A stretch of 50,898 nucleotides of DNA from Eledone cirrhosa (GCA_964016885.1 CAXHJY010001370.1:1-50898); one strand, 5' to 3'; shown: positions 1 to 15,568, numbered from the stretch's first letter. The notes: generated from the sequence alone by a model not told the origin. A program made the numbers and translations.

Positions 1-1988
<1,988 letters not shown>

Positions 1989-2066
1989 TAATTATGTTAT
2001 CGTTATTAAGTCGCAAATCAACTCTGATTGAATAAAGTAATTAAGACATTCGTTTAATTTTTACAG

Positions 2067-2180
2067 TCCAACATCAATGCAGTAAGAGACCTTGTAAAAA
2101 TGGTGGCAGGTGTATCCGTAGAAGAGGTAACTTCGTTTGTAAATGCCGACCTGGCTTCGCTGGACGTCTTTGCCATACAT
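2067..2180 (+). CDS. EGF-like exon (QHQCSKRPCKNGGRCIRRRGNFVCKCRPGFAGRLCHT)
   Basis: ttacag| ... |gtgagt, 114 bp, phase 1-1, six-Cys EGF spacing. Confidence 0.92.
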
Positions 2181-2411
2181 GTGAGTAGAATATTAAAATA
2201 AAAGGATAACTTTTTTCATAGTCTATATGACTAGTTAAGATATCTATTTCTTTGATGCAGCAAATATCTATTTCTTCCTTGTAGCAAAAGAATTGGTATC
2301 ACGGAAATATTAAAACAATTCACAGCTTCATTGTGTTTGATTAACAATTTGGTAGATTTCTTAAATGCGCCTATTAATATATATAAAGATGATAATGGTT
2401 TCTGATTTATG

Positions 2412-2611
2412 TACAAAGCCAACAATTTTGTGGGGTGGGGAAAGTCGATTAAATTGACCCCAGTGCTTACCGGTATTTTATTTTATCGACCCCGTAAGGA
2501 TGAAAGGCAAAGCTAACCTCGGCGGGATTTGAATTAAGAACGTAAAGGGCCGTAACTCTATGCTGCAAAGGATGTTGTCCGACACTCTACCGATACTGCT
2601 AATCCACCGCC
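2412..2611 (-). mobile_element. tRNA-derived SINE
   Basis: Reverse complement of A/B-box head and CTTTGCCTTTCATCC-GGTCGATAAAATAA core shared with other copies in the window. Confidence 0.8.
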
Positions 2612-2630
2612 TATATAAAATGATAACGAT

Positions 2631-2836
2631 TGATTGACAGAATTGATAGTGTCTGACAAAATACTTTGCAGTTTTTAGTAACAAGCCTTTACATTCTGAT
2701 TTCAAATCAAGACACAGTCAAGTTTGTCTTCCACGATTCCAGGGTCGATAAAATAAAGTAACAGTTAAGTACTGGGATCAATTTAATCAACTTTTCCACC
2801 CTCCAGTTTGCTGGCCTTGTGCCTACATTAGAAAAT
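2631..2836 (+). mobile_element. Diverged tRNA-derived SINE
   Basis: GGGTCGATAAAATAAAGTA core and TGCTGGCCTTGTGCCTA tail. Confidence 0.7.
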
Positions 2837-2952
2837 ATTATATATAAAAATGTAAAACAAAAGTGTTTTAGTGGTAGAAACTATATAATTCCGGCATAAT
2901 AATTGCAATTATTCATTCAGGGATAACATGCAACTAAACAATAGTAACATAA

Positions 2953-3040
<88 letters not shown>

Positions 3041-3149
3041 ACACATACACGCGCGCGCGCGCACACACTCACACACACACAGAGGGTATGAACCGAAGTT
3101 GTAACCGCAATATAACATATTCGTATAAATATTCGTTTCATTTATACAG

Positions 3150-3263
3150 TGAGTAATCCATGTAGAAAGAGACCTTGTAAGAATGGTGGTAGATGTGTCA
3201 GTCAAAGACATGGTTTCGTCTGTAAATGCCGACGTGGTTACATTGGTCGTTACTGTCATAGAC
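3150..3263 (+). CDS. EGF-like exon (SNPCRKRPCKNGGRCVSQRHGFVCKCRRGYIGRYCHR)
   Basis: atacag| ... |gtaagt, 114 bp, phase 1-1. Confidence 0.92.
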
Positions 3264-3630
3264 GTAAGTATAATATTTCGAACATCATAATTGTTGCCAT
3301 AGACTTGTTACTCTGTTAGTAAGCCAACCCTCCAAGTGATTGCACTACCATGTAGAAATAGCAGACAATTTAATCTAAAAAAACATGCAGATCTTTAAAA
3401 GAAGTACATTGGATAATCAAATTCAGAGCTAATATTTCTCAACGGAATATCCTTGGAAATCATGCACCTAATCGCTAGATATTCCAGTCAAGACTGACTT
3501 GGAATCAAAGATCAACAAAAACAAAAATATCTAAAATATCCTTGCGTGTTTCTGAGTATATCCCTGTTATTTCACCATTATTGCATTAGAAATATGTCAC
3601 GATTAACTAAGACATTAATTTCGTCTGCAG

Positions 3631-3726
3631 TGTTTAATCTATGCCACAATAGACCTTGTATGGACAGTGGAAAGTCTCTATACTGTAAATACCGACCTGT
3701 TTGCGTTAGTAATTTCTGTCATTTGT
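3631..3726 (+). pseudogene. Degenerate EGF pseudo-exon (FNLCHNRPCMDSGKSLYCKYRPVCVSNFCHL)
   Basis: Acceptor ctgcag intact; homologous to the two preceding EGF exons but with two Cys lost, an internal deletion and a donor reading ATAAGC. Confidence 0.65.
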
Positions 3727-4249
3727 ATAAGCATAATAAATAACCATCATTGTCATAGGTTTATCATAAACTGCTACAAAGATATTTTTCTAGCGTGCCC
3801 ATTAGTGATACGGTACTCCCAAGTAATAGAAGCTAAATTTCTCTAAGCTACATAAAAACCGTTTTAAACCGTGAAATCCTTAGGAAGCTACATCTTTTTG
3901 TTGACCAAGTGTCTAATTTGTAACGAATAGATATTATGATGCCATTTAGATTCTCAGTGCAGCAAATGTGTTTTAAGTACATGGCATATATTTTGTATGT
4001 GGGTATGACATGGAGTTACATTGGGTACTTTAAAGTATTTAAATTATGAATCATGGTTTTGTGAATAGAAACCTCGCTGGGATCAGCTTTAACATTCAAA
4101 TTTGGTTGAGAGATAAAACAATTAATTAACACTGAGTTTTGCTCAAACGACTATACGCCATTTTCTTTTCCTTGCATTTCATAAAATCGATATATGTATG
4201 TGATGATATGGATGTTGAATCATTCTATCTTCTTTAACTTTCTTCCTAG

Positions 4250-4360
4250 ATAATCCTTGCTACGGCAAACCCTGTCAAAATGGAGGACGATGTGTAAGTC
4301 TTGGAAGAAAATTTAAATGTAAATGTCAGCGAGGATTCAGTGGAAAAGTTTGTTCTATAA
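4250..4360 (+). CDS. EGF-like exon (NPCYGKPCQNGGRCVSLGRKFKCKCQRGFSGKVCSI)
   Basis: tcctag| ... |gtatgt, 111 bp, phase 1-1. Confidence 0.92.
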
Positions 4361-5075
4361 GTATGTATGACTTTGTAGCATTTATTTTACAAACGTTTAA
4401 TTATAATATAATGGTTTTGCACATTGGATGAGGTATAGCGGCCACGACCATGTTTAGGGCCTTTGATTCTGTTGAGAGGTGGTGTTAAAGTGAGTGACGT
4501 ATCATGTCTACACCCAAACATTCCTACTCTTTTTATATAAACCACTACGAATAGATAAAATCTCGGTATCAAGCTTAAACCACTTCCTTTCATTTTATAT
4601 ATGACATTTACCCCCCCCCCCCATGAATAAAAGTATATACAATATAGCTCATAATGAGTGACGAATGAATTATGATTCATAATACATTGAAGTGAATGAG
4701 AAAACTTGTATATTGTCGCATAATATGTTTAAATTTGACGTTAAGTCCATCTGAATAAACACCACCGTTAAGATGAACAAGTGTTACATACGTTAAGTCC
4801 AAAAATTTCGGATTGTTTTTCCACCACACTAAAGATGAAATGACCGCAGTTAGACGTTCCGATATGAAACAGAAGCTTTATCAGTTAGCCACTTATCTCT
4901 GCGCTATCTGTTTTCTCAATTAGAAATTACCTGTACCAGAAACAAAACTATCATCACCCCCTACCATGTACAAGATTGCTAATTATTGAGAATGAATATG
5001 CAGGAAGAAAACTACAGTTATATACGAGTTCCATGCGTAACTAACTAGTAAGAAGTTATTTTTTTCTTATCATAG

Positions 5076-5642
5076 GCTGCAAAAGGGCTGTTGCTGATAT
5101 TATGTTTGCTTTGGATGAATCAGGAAGTATCACACTAAAACATTTTAAGACCATGAAAAAATTCGTAAAGAATCTTATTGCAATTTTTCCGGTTTCTAGA
5201 AAAAACATTCGTGTCGGTGTCATTACATTTAGCACCAAAATGACAAATGAGTTCAATTTGAATCGATATTTCAGTCATAGGCAATTGTTTCGTGCCATTG
5301 ATAGAATCCAATACAACAATGGAAAGACAAATACCCATTTAGCCTTGAACTATCTTAACAAATTCTCATTTGAAGCTAAAGCTGGGGATCGAAAGTTTAT
5401 TCCAAACATTGCTGTTATTATTACTGACGGAAAATCTTCTAAGCCAACCGCGACGAGCTTGGCTGCTGCAGATCTGAAAAAATCAGGAGCTCATGTTTAT
5501 ACAATTGGAATTGGAAAACGTATTTCTAAATCTGAATTGAAAACTATTGCAAGTTACCCAAGTAAAGAATATGTTTATGTTGTAAACACGTTTAGAGAAT
5601 TGTCAAAAATCAAGAATAACTTAGCATCTAAAGCTTGCCAAG
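5076..5642 (+). CDS. von Willebrand factor A domain exon with intact MIDAS
   Basis: DIMFALDESGS (DxSxS), GKTNT, VIITDG motifs; catag| ... |gtaggt; 567 bp, phase 1-1. Confidence 0.95.
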
Positions 5643-5681
5643 GTAGGTATAATTTAAAATTGATATTAAATCACACACAAA

Positions 5682-5897
5682 GGGTGGTGGATTGGCAGGA
5701 GAGGTAGACCGTCGGATAAAATACCAATGTGGTATTTGTTCTGGTTCTCGATATTCTGAGATCAAATTCCGCCCAGGTCAACTTTGCCTTTCATCCTTCC
5801 GGAGTCGATAAAATAAGTTACCAGTCAAGTACTGGTATTGATTTAATCAACTTGCATTTCCCTCAAATTTAATGGCCTGATGTCTAAATTAGAAATC
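5682..5897 (+). mobile_element. tRNA-derived SINE
   Basis: GGTGGATTGGCAG head, B-box-like GAGATCAAATTCC, CTTTGCCTTTCATCC core. Confidence 0.8.
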
Positions 5898-6164
5898 GAT
5901 AGTAAACTACACACAAACTCACATATTAAAACGCGAACACATTACAAATCACAAACATATGCGTATACATACATGTACATAGGCCCGAACACACAGACAC
6001 ATGCATTTTATCTGAAGAGAGGGAACATACAATTATGCCTATATATGGATATGGATTATGAGAAATGTTTCATAACATTTCAAATAATTGAATGTACAAC
6101 TCCCTTGAAACATGTATAAGGACATGAATATGGTTTAAAAGATAATTTGTCCATCGATATACTT

Positions 6165-6226
<62 letters not shown>

Positions 6227-6685
6227 GATGGCTGCAAATCGATTTCGACTAATGCCATCGCTTGATGAGCATCACGGATGCATCACGGATATATAAATAT
6301 ATATATATTTTGCTCTAATCTCTTAGAGCAAAAATCACGAGCACTCTATCTCAAAATTATTTTTGAAAAGCATAAGAAATGAGCAACCGGTAAAAACTTA
6401 AAACCAAAACTGAATACTAACTAATACTTATTACTAATTTATACTTATTCCCGGGAAAAATTTGTCACCATTTTCTTTTCCTTTTTACTAATATATAAAT
6501 ATTTATATATATGTCTGTGAACATGTGCACAAAAACACACACACACACACACACACACAATTACTAATTTATACTTATTCCTAATTAAACTATTTTTCAC
6601 TGGGAAAAATTTGTCAATTTGTCACCATTTTCTTTTCCTTTTTACTAATATATAAATATTTATATATGTCTGTGAACATGTGCAC

Positions 6686-6689
<4 letters not shown>

Positions 6690-6727
<38 letters not shown>

Positions 6728-6729
6728 CA

Positions 6730-6818
<89 letters not shown>

Positions 6819-6819
6819 G

Positions 6820-6861
<42 letters not shown>

Positions 6862-6903
6862 CACACACACGCACACGCGCACGCGCACATACACACACAC
6901 ACG

Positions 6904-6988
<85 letters not shown>
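6690..6988. repeat. (CA)n microsatellite
   Basis: Directly visible. Confidence 0.95.
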
Positions 6989-6990
<2 letters not shown>

Positions 6991-7054
6991 TCTATTTATC
7001 TATCTGTATATATATATATGATTTATTTTTCTGTGTTATTTTTTACAAATTTAG

Positions 7055-7168
7055 CTTCAGAGCCCTGCAGAAAGGACCCTTGTAAAAATGGAGGAAGATG
7101 TGTGGATTTATTTAATGATTTCAAGTGTGTTTGTAGACTAGGCTTTCTAGGAAAACGTTGTGAAATCG
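7055..7168 (+). CDS. EGF-like exon (SEPCRKDPCKNGGRCVDLFNDFKCVCRLGFLGKRCEI)
   Basis: tttag| (alternative in-frame acceptor 6 nt downstream) ... |gtaacg. Confidence 0.9.
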
Positions 7169-7847
7169 GTAACGTATTGAATATATACAATTTGTTTGCT
7201 TTTGTTTTACGGGAGAGATGCACGTGATCTTGTACATGGCTTGAAAGTCTGTTGAGAGTGGGGAATAATGTTATCCGCAAAATGGAGACTTGTTTCGATT
7301 GTTTGCAACAATAAAGGCACCCAAATGCCAGATCATGTTATTAGCGGAGTCAACTCTGTTGTTGTAAGCTGATATCATGCACACTTTAGTTCATATTTTT
7401 AAAGTCTTGTAATAAACTAATAGAAACTGACAGTCGTCATATCACGACTGTTAACTTTTATATTGACGAAAAGCAAAAAAACAACCAGGTTGAGCTTGTT
7501 AAGCGACACGACTTGGAATTAACTATGTAGGAAGTATTAGCTCATATCAGCTTTAGAGCAGAAAGCAGATAAAAGATACTGAATAGAACAAAAGCCTACG
7601 CCAGGTTCAGAACTATATTTTTATCTATCTATCTATCTATCTATCTTGATAGAGTAAGACACGCTTCACATCGGCTCCGCTATTCCATCGGAATTTACCC
7701 TTACTATAGTAAGTACCAGAGAATTTTTTCAGTGCAACACATTTGAAACACTTACCCCTGTTATTTAGGGAAACATTTTTACATTTACCCCCTTTTTAGG
7801 GGGTAAAATAAATATCTATTTTGCTGTAAAATCTCTTTCTTGGCAGC

Positions 7848-9702
7848 ATGGCGGAAAAGATGGCAGACATGTCTGCCATTAGCTCTGCCACGCCCCCCAA
7901 GTCTGAAGAACAAAAAGAAATAGATACAACAAAACTAGACAACGAAACAAACAAGGAAAATGAAAAAACAAATGTTACGGAAAATGAGCAAACGGAAAAC
8001 AAACAAACAGAAATTAAGAACACAAATAACAACAAGGCAACTTTCGCCCAGAAAACAAAACAGTCCATAACATATACACCAATAGACTTAACTGCCGCCA
8101 GAGAAAAACTGGCAGAAGCAAAAAACACATAGTCTTGGGGGAGAACGGAATGTTTTCCATTAACCCCCCCCCCCCAGAATTCAAGAAAGCGAGAACAGAG
8201 AGCACAGTTCCCTTCAGAACAATCTTAAACCAAACTAGAAAGCCAGCACAGCCCAGCCAAATGGAGATAGAGTTGGTCCTAAAAGACTATATGAAGAATA
8301 TTCTCTTCATACGAAAGGACCGACTCTATGGCAGCATTTCGGTCTTAACAAAAGACAAGGAAACGGCGCAGAAGCTTTCCCTAAGCCCACTCTCATCAAC
8401 AACATACAGCTTCTATCCCTCCTACATGGGTAGAAGAACACAGAGAGTCAAAGTACAAACAATGCTGCCCACAATGGACTTCTGGTGGGCTATTGCTGGC
8501 TTCATAGACATGGGCGAGGACACAGTGCTGTCAATGGGGAAGGCATCTGGAGATGCGTTCCTGGGAATGGGCCTCGACCTACTAGTCCAAATGAGGCCCG
8601 AAAGAATAGCACAAATCCCGGATCGCATCTGGCTGGATGACCTCACCCCAATAGATATAATTGTAGAGGGGAGAAGACCAGCATGCTATTTATGCACGGA
8701 AAGGGGACACGTTAAGGCTAACTGCCCGAAACGTATCCCCCAAAAAGGACTATTGCCCACACCCACCACAAACAGTACATCAACACCACCCACCTCCAAA
8801 AATACACTAATACCACACACAGCAAACAAAATACAGACACCACCAACCACAAGCACAACACAAACATCACCACCACCAGCACCAAACACAAGCACGACAC
8901 AAAAATCACCACCACCATCACCAACCACAACACAAACATCACCACCACCATCACCAACCACAAGCACGACACAAACATCACCACCACCACCACAAAACGC
9001 ATTCCAAACAAATAATATAAAAAACAGCAACAAATCTACCCCTCCCGCAAAAAAAAACAACCAGACACCACGTCCCTCCCACCTAGCGCTGAAGAGTTTC
9101 CCCCAACTTCTGAAGAAGAAGGAGGAGAAGCCTTCAGACAAGTTAAAAGAAAAAAAAGAAAGCACACACCCAGCACACCACAAATAACCCACACACAAAC
9201 ACCAACTCGAATCAAAAACACCCCACCCTCAACAAACAAAAATAAATCTGCGCCTCCCCTCTCCGAAACATTGACAGCATCACAAAAAAAGACGTTGCAA
9301 TACACATATATAAATAAAGAAAACAAAAAACTGTTTAAATTAATAAACAATAGCCCTTTGGTGCAGACCGAAGGGCCAAACTTTATCTCAACAGAGAACT
9401 TCACCCATTTAAAAATGGTAAAAGTCCCTCTGGACCTTTATCGTTCCTTAAAAGAACAATTTAGACAGGACGTGAGCCCCCCCCCGCCCCCCTGTTTAAA
9501 ACCGTTAAATCGCGTCCTCTTGAAAGATTTCCCCATAACCTCCCCTCTCCCTGACACAACTCCAAATACACCAACCACACCACACTCGGGTACCCCCACA
9601 CCACCACAAAACATCCCTCCACCCAACACACCTGATGCCATGGAAATTACACAACCCGGAGAGGTAGGTGCTTTTCTTTCTTCACTTTCAACACCAAAAT
9701 AG
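7848..9702 (+). CDS. Tx1 ORF1 (gag-like; CYLCTERGHVKANC zinc knuckle; Pro/Thr-rich repeats), frameshifted at A-runs ~8120 and ~9050
   Basis: ORFs 7848-8132, 8135-9187 and 9271-9702 align in order to ORF1 of copy 2. Confidence 0.85.
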
Positions 9703-12700
9703 ATCAATTGAGAGTTGGCTGTTTGAACGCGCGTGGCCTGGGCTCAGCTTGGAAGCAAGCAAAGCTTCTAAGTGACCTCAGGTCACGAAGTATAGATGTG
9801 ATGGTTGTTTGCGAGAGTCGGATCAGCAGCGTGCGACAGCTGGCTCCCGCCTTCGATGACTTTGAGATGCACGCATCTCTCTGTGAACCCGGAGGCGGGG
9901 GGGGGGGGGTTCCGTACTGCTGGATAAACGTCTGGCTCTCGACGTACAGATTGTTCACTCGGACCCGGGGGGGGGGGGGGGGGGGGGGGGGTCAATTACT
10001 GGTGCTGGACGTCGGAGGCGGTGAAGGCGGGGCTTTCAGACTGGTCGGTCTTTATGCCCCCTTCGGGGCTGAAGGAGTCGACTTCTTCCAGCGTCTGGAG
10101 ACTTTTCTAGGAACGTCGCGTTCCCTGCTTTTAGTGGGGGACTGGAATGGAATCCTAGATGCGCGTTGGGACTATGCAGGGGCATGTCCCGATAGAGGGG
10201 GGGGGGGTGTAGCAGCCTCAAAGGGTTACTCGATCGATTCGATCTGGTCGATAGATTTCGACTAGATTGTCCAACTGCGCCAACCTGGACCTGGGCAAAC
10301 CGCAGTGGTCAATCTAGATCGTACCTAGATAGGTTTTTGGTTAGGAGTAAGGATAGGGACGTATTTAGTTGTCCAGAATTGATCATGGTTGGCTATTCAG
10401 ATCACAAATTAGTGACCTGCGTGGTCAACCTTGATAGAACGCATAGACAGGGTCCCGGTTACTGGAAGATGAACTTGTCCTTGCCGGCAAAGAAAGATTA
10501 CAGGAACCGGATTAGTAGCTTAGTTAAGATGAGGTTGACGGGAGCGATCGTCAACAGCAGGTGGTGGGTATCTCTAAAGAGAGAGATTAGAGTAAGTTCG
10601 ATAGGTTACAGTAAGGAACTAGCGGCGAATAGAAATAGGAGGGAAAGGGAGTTAACAGATAAACTAGAAGAGGCGATTAGGAGCGGAGACGTGGCCAGAG
10701 TGTTAGCGGCGAGAGCGGCGTTGAGCCAGTTCTTTGACGCGAAGCACGAAGGCTGCGTTGTCCGAAGTAAAATACGTGCTTTAGGAAACGAGGGGACCAA
10801 AGCTGTTAGCTGGGCCCGCGTGACAGAAGCCAAGAGTGGGATTAAATACACCATTCGGTCTTTGCGAGACCAGGATGGACGGGTGATCCTTGAACCTGAG
10901 CGGATGTGCGAGGCCTTTCAAAGGCACTTTGCTCGACTGTTCGGAGGGGGCGGGGGGGGGGGATGTGGACTTCGGTCCATACCTTGACGGTCTACCGCGT
11001 CTTTCGAGCGGCGAAGCGGAGTGCTGCGAAAGGCCAATCACAGCCACTGAAATCGGGGAAGTGCTCAGCCAATGCAGCAGACGCAAATCTCCGGGTCTCG
11101 ATGGTCTACCATACGAACTTTATTTAGCTATGCCGGTCTTGTTCTCCGAACTCCTCGAGGCTGTCTATTGCAACTGGCAACAGAACGGGAGAATTCCCTG
11201 TTCTGTGACCAAGGGCGTGGTCACGCTAGTGAGGAAGGACGAGAGCAAGGGGGACGACTTAAGTAACTTCAGGCCCATAACTCTGCTGAATGCAGAGTTA
11301 CAGATTTTGGCCAAGGTGTTGGCGAAGAGGTTGGCGCTTGTGGTGGGTGGTTTGGTGGGAGACGCGCAGACATGCGCTATCCCGTCCAGGTCCATCCACG
11401 ACAACCTCCACCTCATGCGATACATCATAGAGAGGGTTGGCAACGAACCCGGCTTTGGTGGGGCCCTGATCAACTTGGATCAATCTAAGGCGTTCGATAG
11501 GGTCGACCATGGTTACCTGGATGCGGTGCTAGCGGCGGCGGGCTTCGGACCCGTTTTCAGGGGCTGGATTTCTGCCATGCACAGTGGCAACATCTACTCT
11601 AGGATTAAAGTAAACGGCTACCTCTCGGAGCCGTTTCAAATCACCCGGTCCATCAGACAGGGGTGCCCCCTCTCCTCCCTTCTGTACGTATTGACTCTCG
11701 AGCCACTGCTGCGGAAGTTGGAGTTGCTGCGGGGCATACCCCTGGAACCGGGATTGCACAAAGCGGTCTCGGCCTATGCCGACGACGTAACAGTAATGGT
11801 GGCGGACGCCTCGGAAATCGGGGCGATCGCCACCCTACTGGAGGAATACGAAAGGCTGACGGGGGCTAGGCTGAACCGGGACAAGTCAGTCGGTTTGCAA
11901 CTCGGAACGTGGAGGGGCAAACCGATGCCGTTAGACGGTGTCGTCGGGCAGTGGACGGAGGGCCCGGTGAAGCTGCTCGGGGTCTGGTTCGGACCGGACC
12001 TCCAGGTGGAGAAGAATTGGGGCGAGGTGACGAGCAGGGTGTTTGCGCTGACCCAGAAGTGGGCCAAGTGCAAACTATCACTGAAAGGTCGGGCGGAGGT
12101 GACGAACGCTTACATAGCGTCCGTCATCTACTACCGCCTGACCGTCGTGCCTTGCTCCAAGGAAAAGCTCACCATCATGGAACGCATGCTCTTCCAGTTC
12201 CTCTGGAAGAAGCGGCCTCCCATGGTGAGGAGATCCATCTGCTGCCAGTACCCTTCGAAAGGAGGGCTGGGTATACCGTGGCTGTTGATGCGTAGGCACG
12301 CATTGAGGCTACGGCATCTACAGGTTTTCCTCACCGGTCAGCCGGTGTGGGCCCCGTTTGTGAGGCGAGCCTTCCCACAGCTCGTCTCGCTCACCGAGCT
12401 GCAATCCTGGGTGAAGCAAAGACCGAGAAAACTGGGCAACTGGCACACCGAGTGTGCCCAGGCGCTCACGGCTATCTGGCAAGCGGACCCGACTATCAGT
12501 GGAGAATCCACCTCGACATTCTATAGAGGGCTGGTGGCTAGCAGGGGCGACGACACCCTTGGAGAGTCTCTAGGCATGGAGGAGGACGAACTGGCCAGCC
12601 TGTTCGGTAGAACTTTCGGCCCGGGACCCATGGACAACTTCCAGAGGTCCCTAGCCTGGCAGTGTTACCGGGGGGCTCTGCCCGTTCGAGAAAAGCTCTA

Positions 12701-13157
12701 CAGACACGGGCGCCCGGGCAGGGATCCCGCGAAAAAGATCTGTCCCAGATGCGTGCGCGACGAGGAAACCGTTGCGCATGCACTGGTACACTGCCCGGGC
12801 GTTGCCGATCTGTGGGGCTACGTCGAACGACTGCTGTCACGTGTGGCGCCGATTCGATTGACCGCCGAGTCTGTGGTGAACATCAAGCCGCCTCCTCCCT
12901 TCAGAAATGAAGCAGAGGCGGTCTTTCTGTGCGTAATAGCCACGATGAAAGAAGTTGTGTGGTGGACGCGCCTGAAAGGTCTGAGGTCGGGTGACTTTCT
13001 CTCCGGCCATCACCTGGTTTACTTCTTCCGATACCACTTCGGAAGAAGGATCAGGATGGAGAGAGAAGTGCTTGGCCCCAGACAGTTTTATGAAAGGTGG
13101 GTGAAAGAAGCGAGAATGGCTCGTGTAAATGGGCCTTCTTTCTACATTGTTCTGTAG
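9699..13157 (+). CDS. Tx1 ORF2: AP endonuclease + reverse transcriptase + zinc-binding C-terminus, frameshifted at G-runs
   Basis: LNARGL, GDWN, SYLDRF, SDH (EN); KSPGLDG, FRPITLLN, DQSKAFDRV, RQGCPLS, YADD (RT); CPRC..H..C. Confidence 0.95.
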
Positions 13158-13388
13158 GTGAAGAAGTGAAGAGGAAAGGGGGAGCGCCTCCTCTCTGGGC
13201 TTCCCCCGCGAAAAGAGTTGCACACTTTTCGGGGGTATGTGAAATCCCCAACACGCCCCCTCCCTTTTGAGGACTTTTTATTATTATGTTATTCTCATTG
13301 TTATGCCTTTTTCTTTACTCGTATTTATGTAAACTCCCCCCTGTGTATTTGTCCCTTTCTCTTGTGCCCTAGTGGCAAATAAATAGAA

Positions 13389-13480
<92 letters not shown>
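13389..13480. repeat. (ATCT)23 spacer between the two Tx1 elements
   Basis: Directly visible. Confidence 0.97.
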
Positions 13481-13484
<4 letters not shown>

Positions 13485-13692
13485 GTCTGACGTGTGAAAC
13501 AACGCAGGTAAGTTTTTTGTTAATTTATATGCAAAAAACCGATCTAATTGTTTGAAAAAATACAACACTTTGTAGATTAATCCCAAAGCTGAATTGTCAG
13601 CTGGGTGGTAATCCCATTTTTCGCCCCTGTAGGGGCGAACATTTTATTTTAAAAATTTGTTTTAAAATATCAGAATTTACAAAGTAAAAAAC

Positions 13693-15568
13693 TTGAGCAA
13701 CACTAGAACGCTGGAGAACGTTAATAGAGAAAAGAGAGAGAAAGAGGCAGATATTAACGTTATATCTGCTTCTACTACTATGGACGTTGCCATAGATACA
13801 ACTGTCACAAAAGAAAAAAATATATCAACATTTGAAAATTTTACAATTTCTACCGCCGAAGCGGAGAAAATTGACAATAACACACAGGAAAACACAGCAA
13901 AAAAACCCATTGACATACATACACATGAAAAAGACATCAACAACTCTACAGATACATCTACACATAAAATTTCCAACAACGATAACATCATCATCAACAA
14001 CAACACCACACAAAAAAAGAAAATGTCTTTCGCTGACACAGTCAACAGTCAACAAGATTTTATAAATCTTGATATCTCCAACGCAAGAGATATGCTCCAG
14101 CAAGGGAGAAAATTTGTAACTTTCGAAGAAAGAGGTGGGTTTAGAATTAACTCACCCCTTGAAATAAAGGAAGACACAAACCGCCGATCAGTCACTTTTA
14201 GGACTGTGTCAAATTCGTCAAGAAAACCGACATTTGTTAATCAAGCAGATATAGAAGATTCTTTCAAGGAAATTCTAGCAAATGTCGATTTTCTCCAGCG
14301 AGGAAAACAGTACGGAAGTGTTTCCGTACTGTTTAAAAGCGAGGCACTCGCCCCCAAAAACTCTGTGACACCAATAGTGTCAAAAGCATACACCTTTTTC
14401 CCTACATAGATGGGGAAAAGGACACAAAAAATAAAAATAAAAAACATACCTCCAAACATTAACATCTGGTGGATCTTGGCTGGCTTCGTAGAGCCAGAAA
14501 CAGACATAATACTTTCGATACGAAAATCTATTCGACAAAGGTGGGCGGGCACAGATTTAGAGATTCTGTTACAAATGAAACCGGAGAGAATCTCCAAAAT
14601 ACCCGAAAGAGTCGTTATTGATAATAACAACAAAATACACATTTCGGCAGAAGGACGAAAATTTCATTGCTTTCGCTGTGGTAGCACATCTCACCTAGAA
14701 GCCTCTTGTCCACAAACACACAACAACAACATCATAAAAAAAACGCTATTACCAACACCAACACCAAAACAACCACCACCACCACCACCACAAGTACAAC
14801 GACAGACGAAACGAGCAACCACACCAAAACAAACAGCCACTCAACCAACAACAACAGAAAAAACAGAGACAACACCCCTGAAGAACACATCCCCACTCCA
14901 TCCCACTCCATCAAACACTACCACAAACACACATACCGAAACACCACCACCACCACCACACAACATACCCTTACCCCACACACCTGACGATGATTATTCA
15001 TCGACGGATGAAGCTGCTTCTCCTTCTTTAAGTGAAGAAGATGGAGAACCGCGGAAATCTAAAAAAACAAAAAAAGAGACACCACAAAACCCCCAAAACT
15101 CCAATCACCAACACCAACACACAACCACAGACACAAACAACACCACTGTCAAACATCCCCCTATCAGCAAAACCAGCACCAACACCATCCCAAACACAAG
15201 CACCCACCATAAAATGAAAACTCCCGGATGAACAACAAACTAAAACAACACAACAAAAACACAAACAACAATACGCATACATCAACACAAACAACAAGAG
15301 TTTGATGGAGGTCATCTCCCAAAACCCCAAGGTGGAGACGGAGGGCAAAACTTTCGTCAATGCAGAATCGTCTCCACACCTTAAACTTATAAGGGTTTCT
15401 ATGGAAACCTATAAAGACCTAAAAATTAAATTTTCACAGGACGTGGGCAACCCCTGCCACAAACCCATCAACCGCGTCCTGTTGAAAGGTTTCCCCACCC
15501 CACCCAACACCCCATCCAGCACCCAAATGGAGATTGAACAACCCTATCTCCAGGAAACGAAAAGGTAA
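13693..15568 (+). pseudogene. Tx1 ORF1 (CFRCGSTSHLEASC knuckle), disrupted
   Basis: In-frame TAG at 14407 where copy 1 has TAC (PSYMG); further frameshift/stop around 15060-15230. Confidence 0.85.

Larger units (their letters stand above)
7647..13388 (+). mobile_element. Full-length Tx1-clade non-LTR retrotransposon, copy 1, in (ATCT)n
   Basis: ORF1 with CCHC knuckle, ORF2 APE-RT-Cys-rich C-terminus, AATAAA then (ATCT)23; preceded by (ATCT)6. Confidence 0.93.

Noticed and set aside
6660-7085. ORFs of CV/HT/YI repeats here and at 23716, 26753, 27747, 41085 and 49056-49905
   Set aside because: Translations of (CA)n/(TA)n microsatellites, which lack stop codons; not genes.
14407-14409. Programmed read-through stop in ORF1 of copy 2
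   Set aside because: Copy 1 has TAC at this codon, so a simple nonsense mutation explains it.
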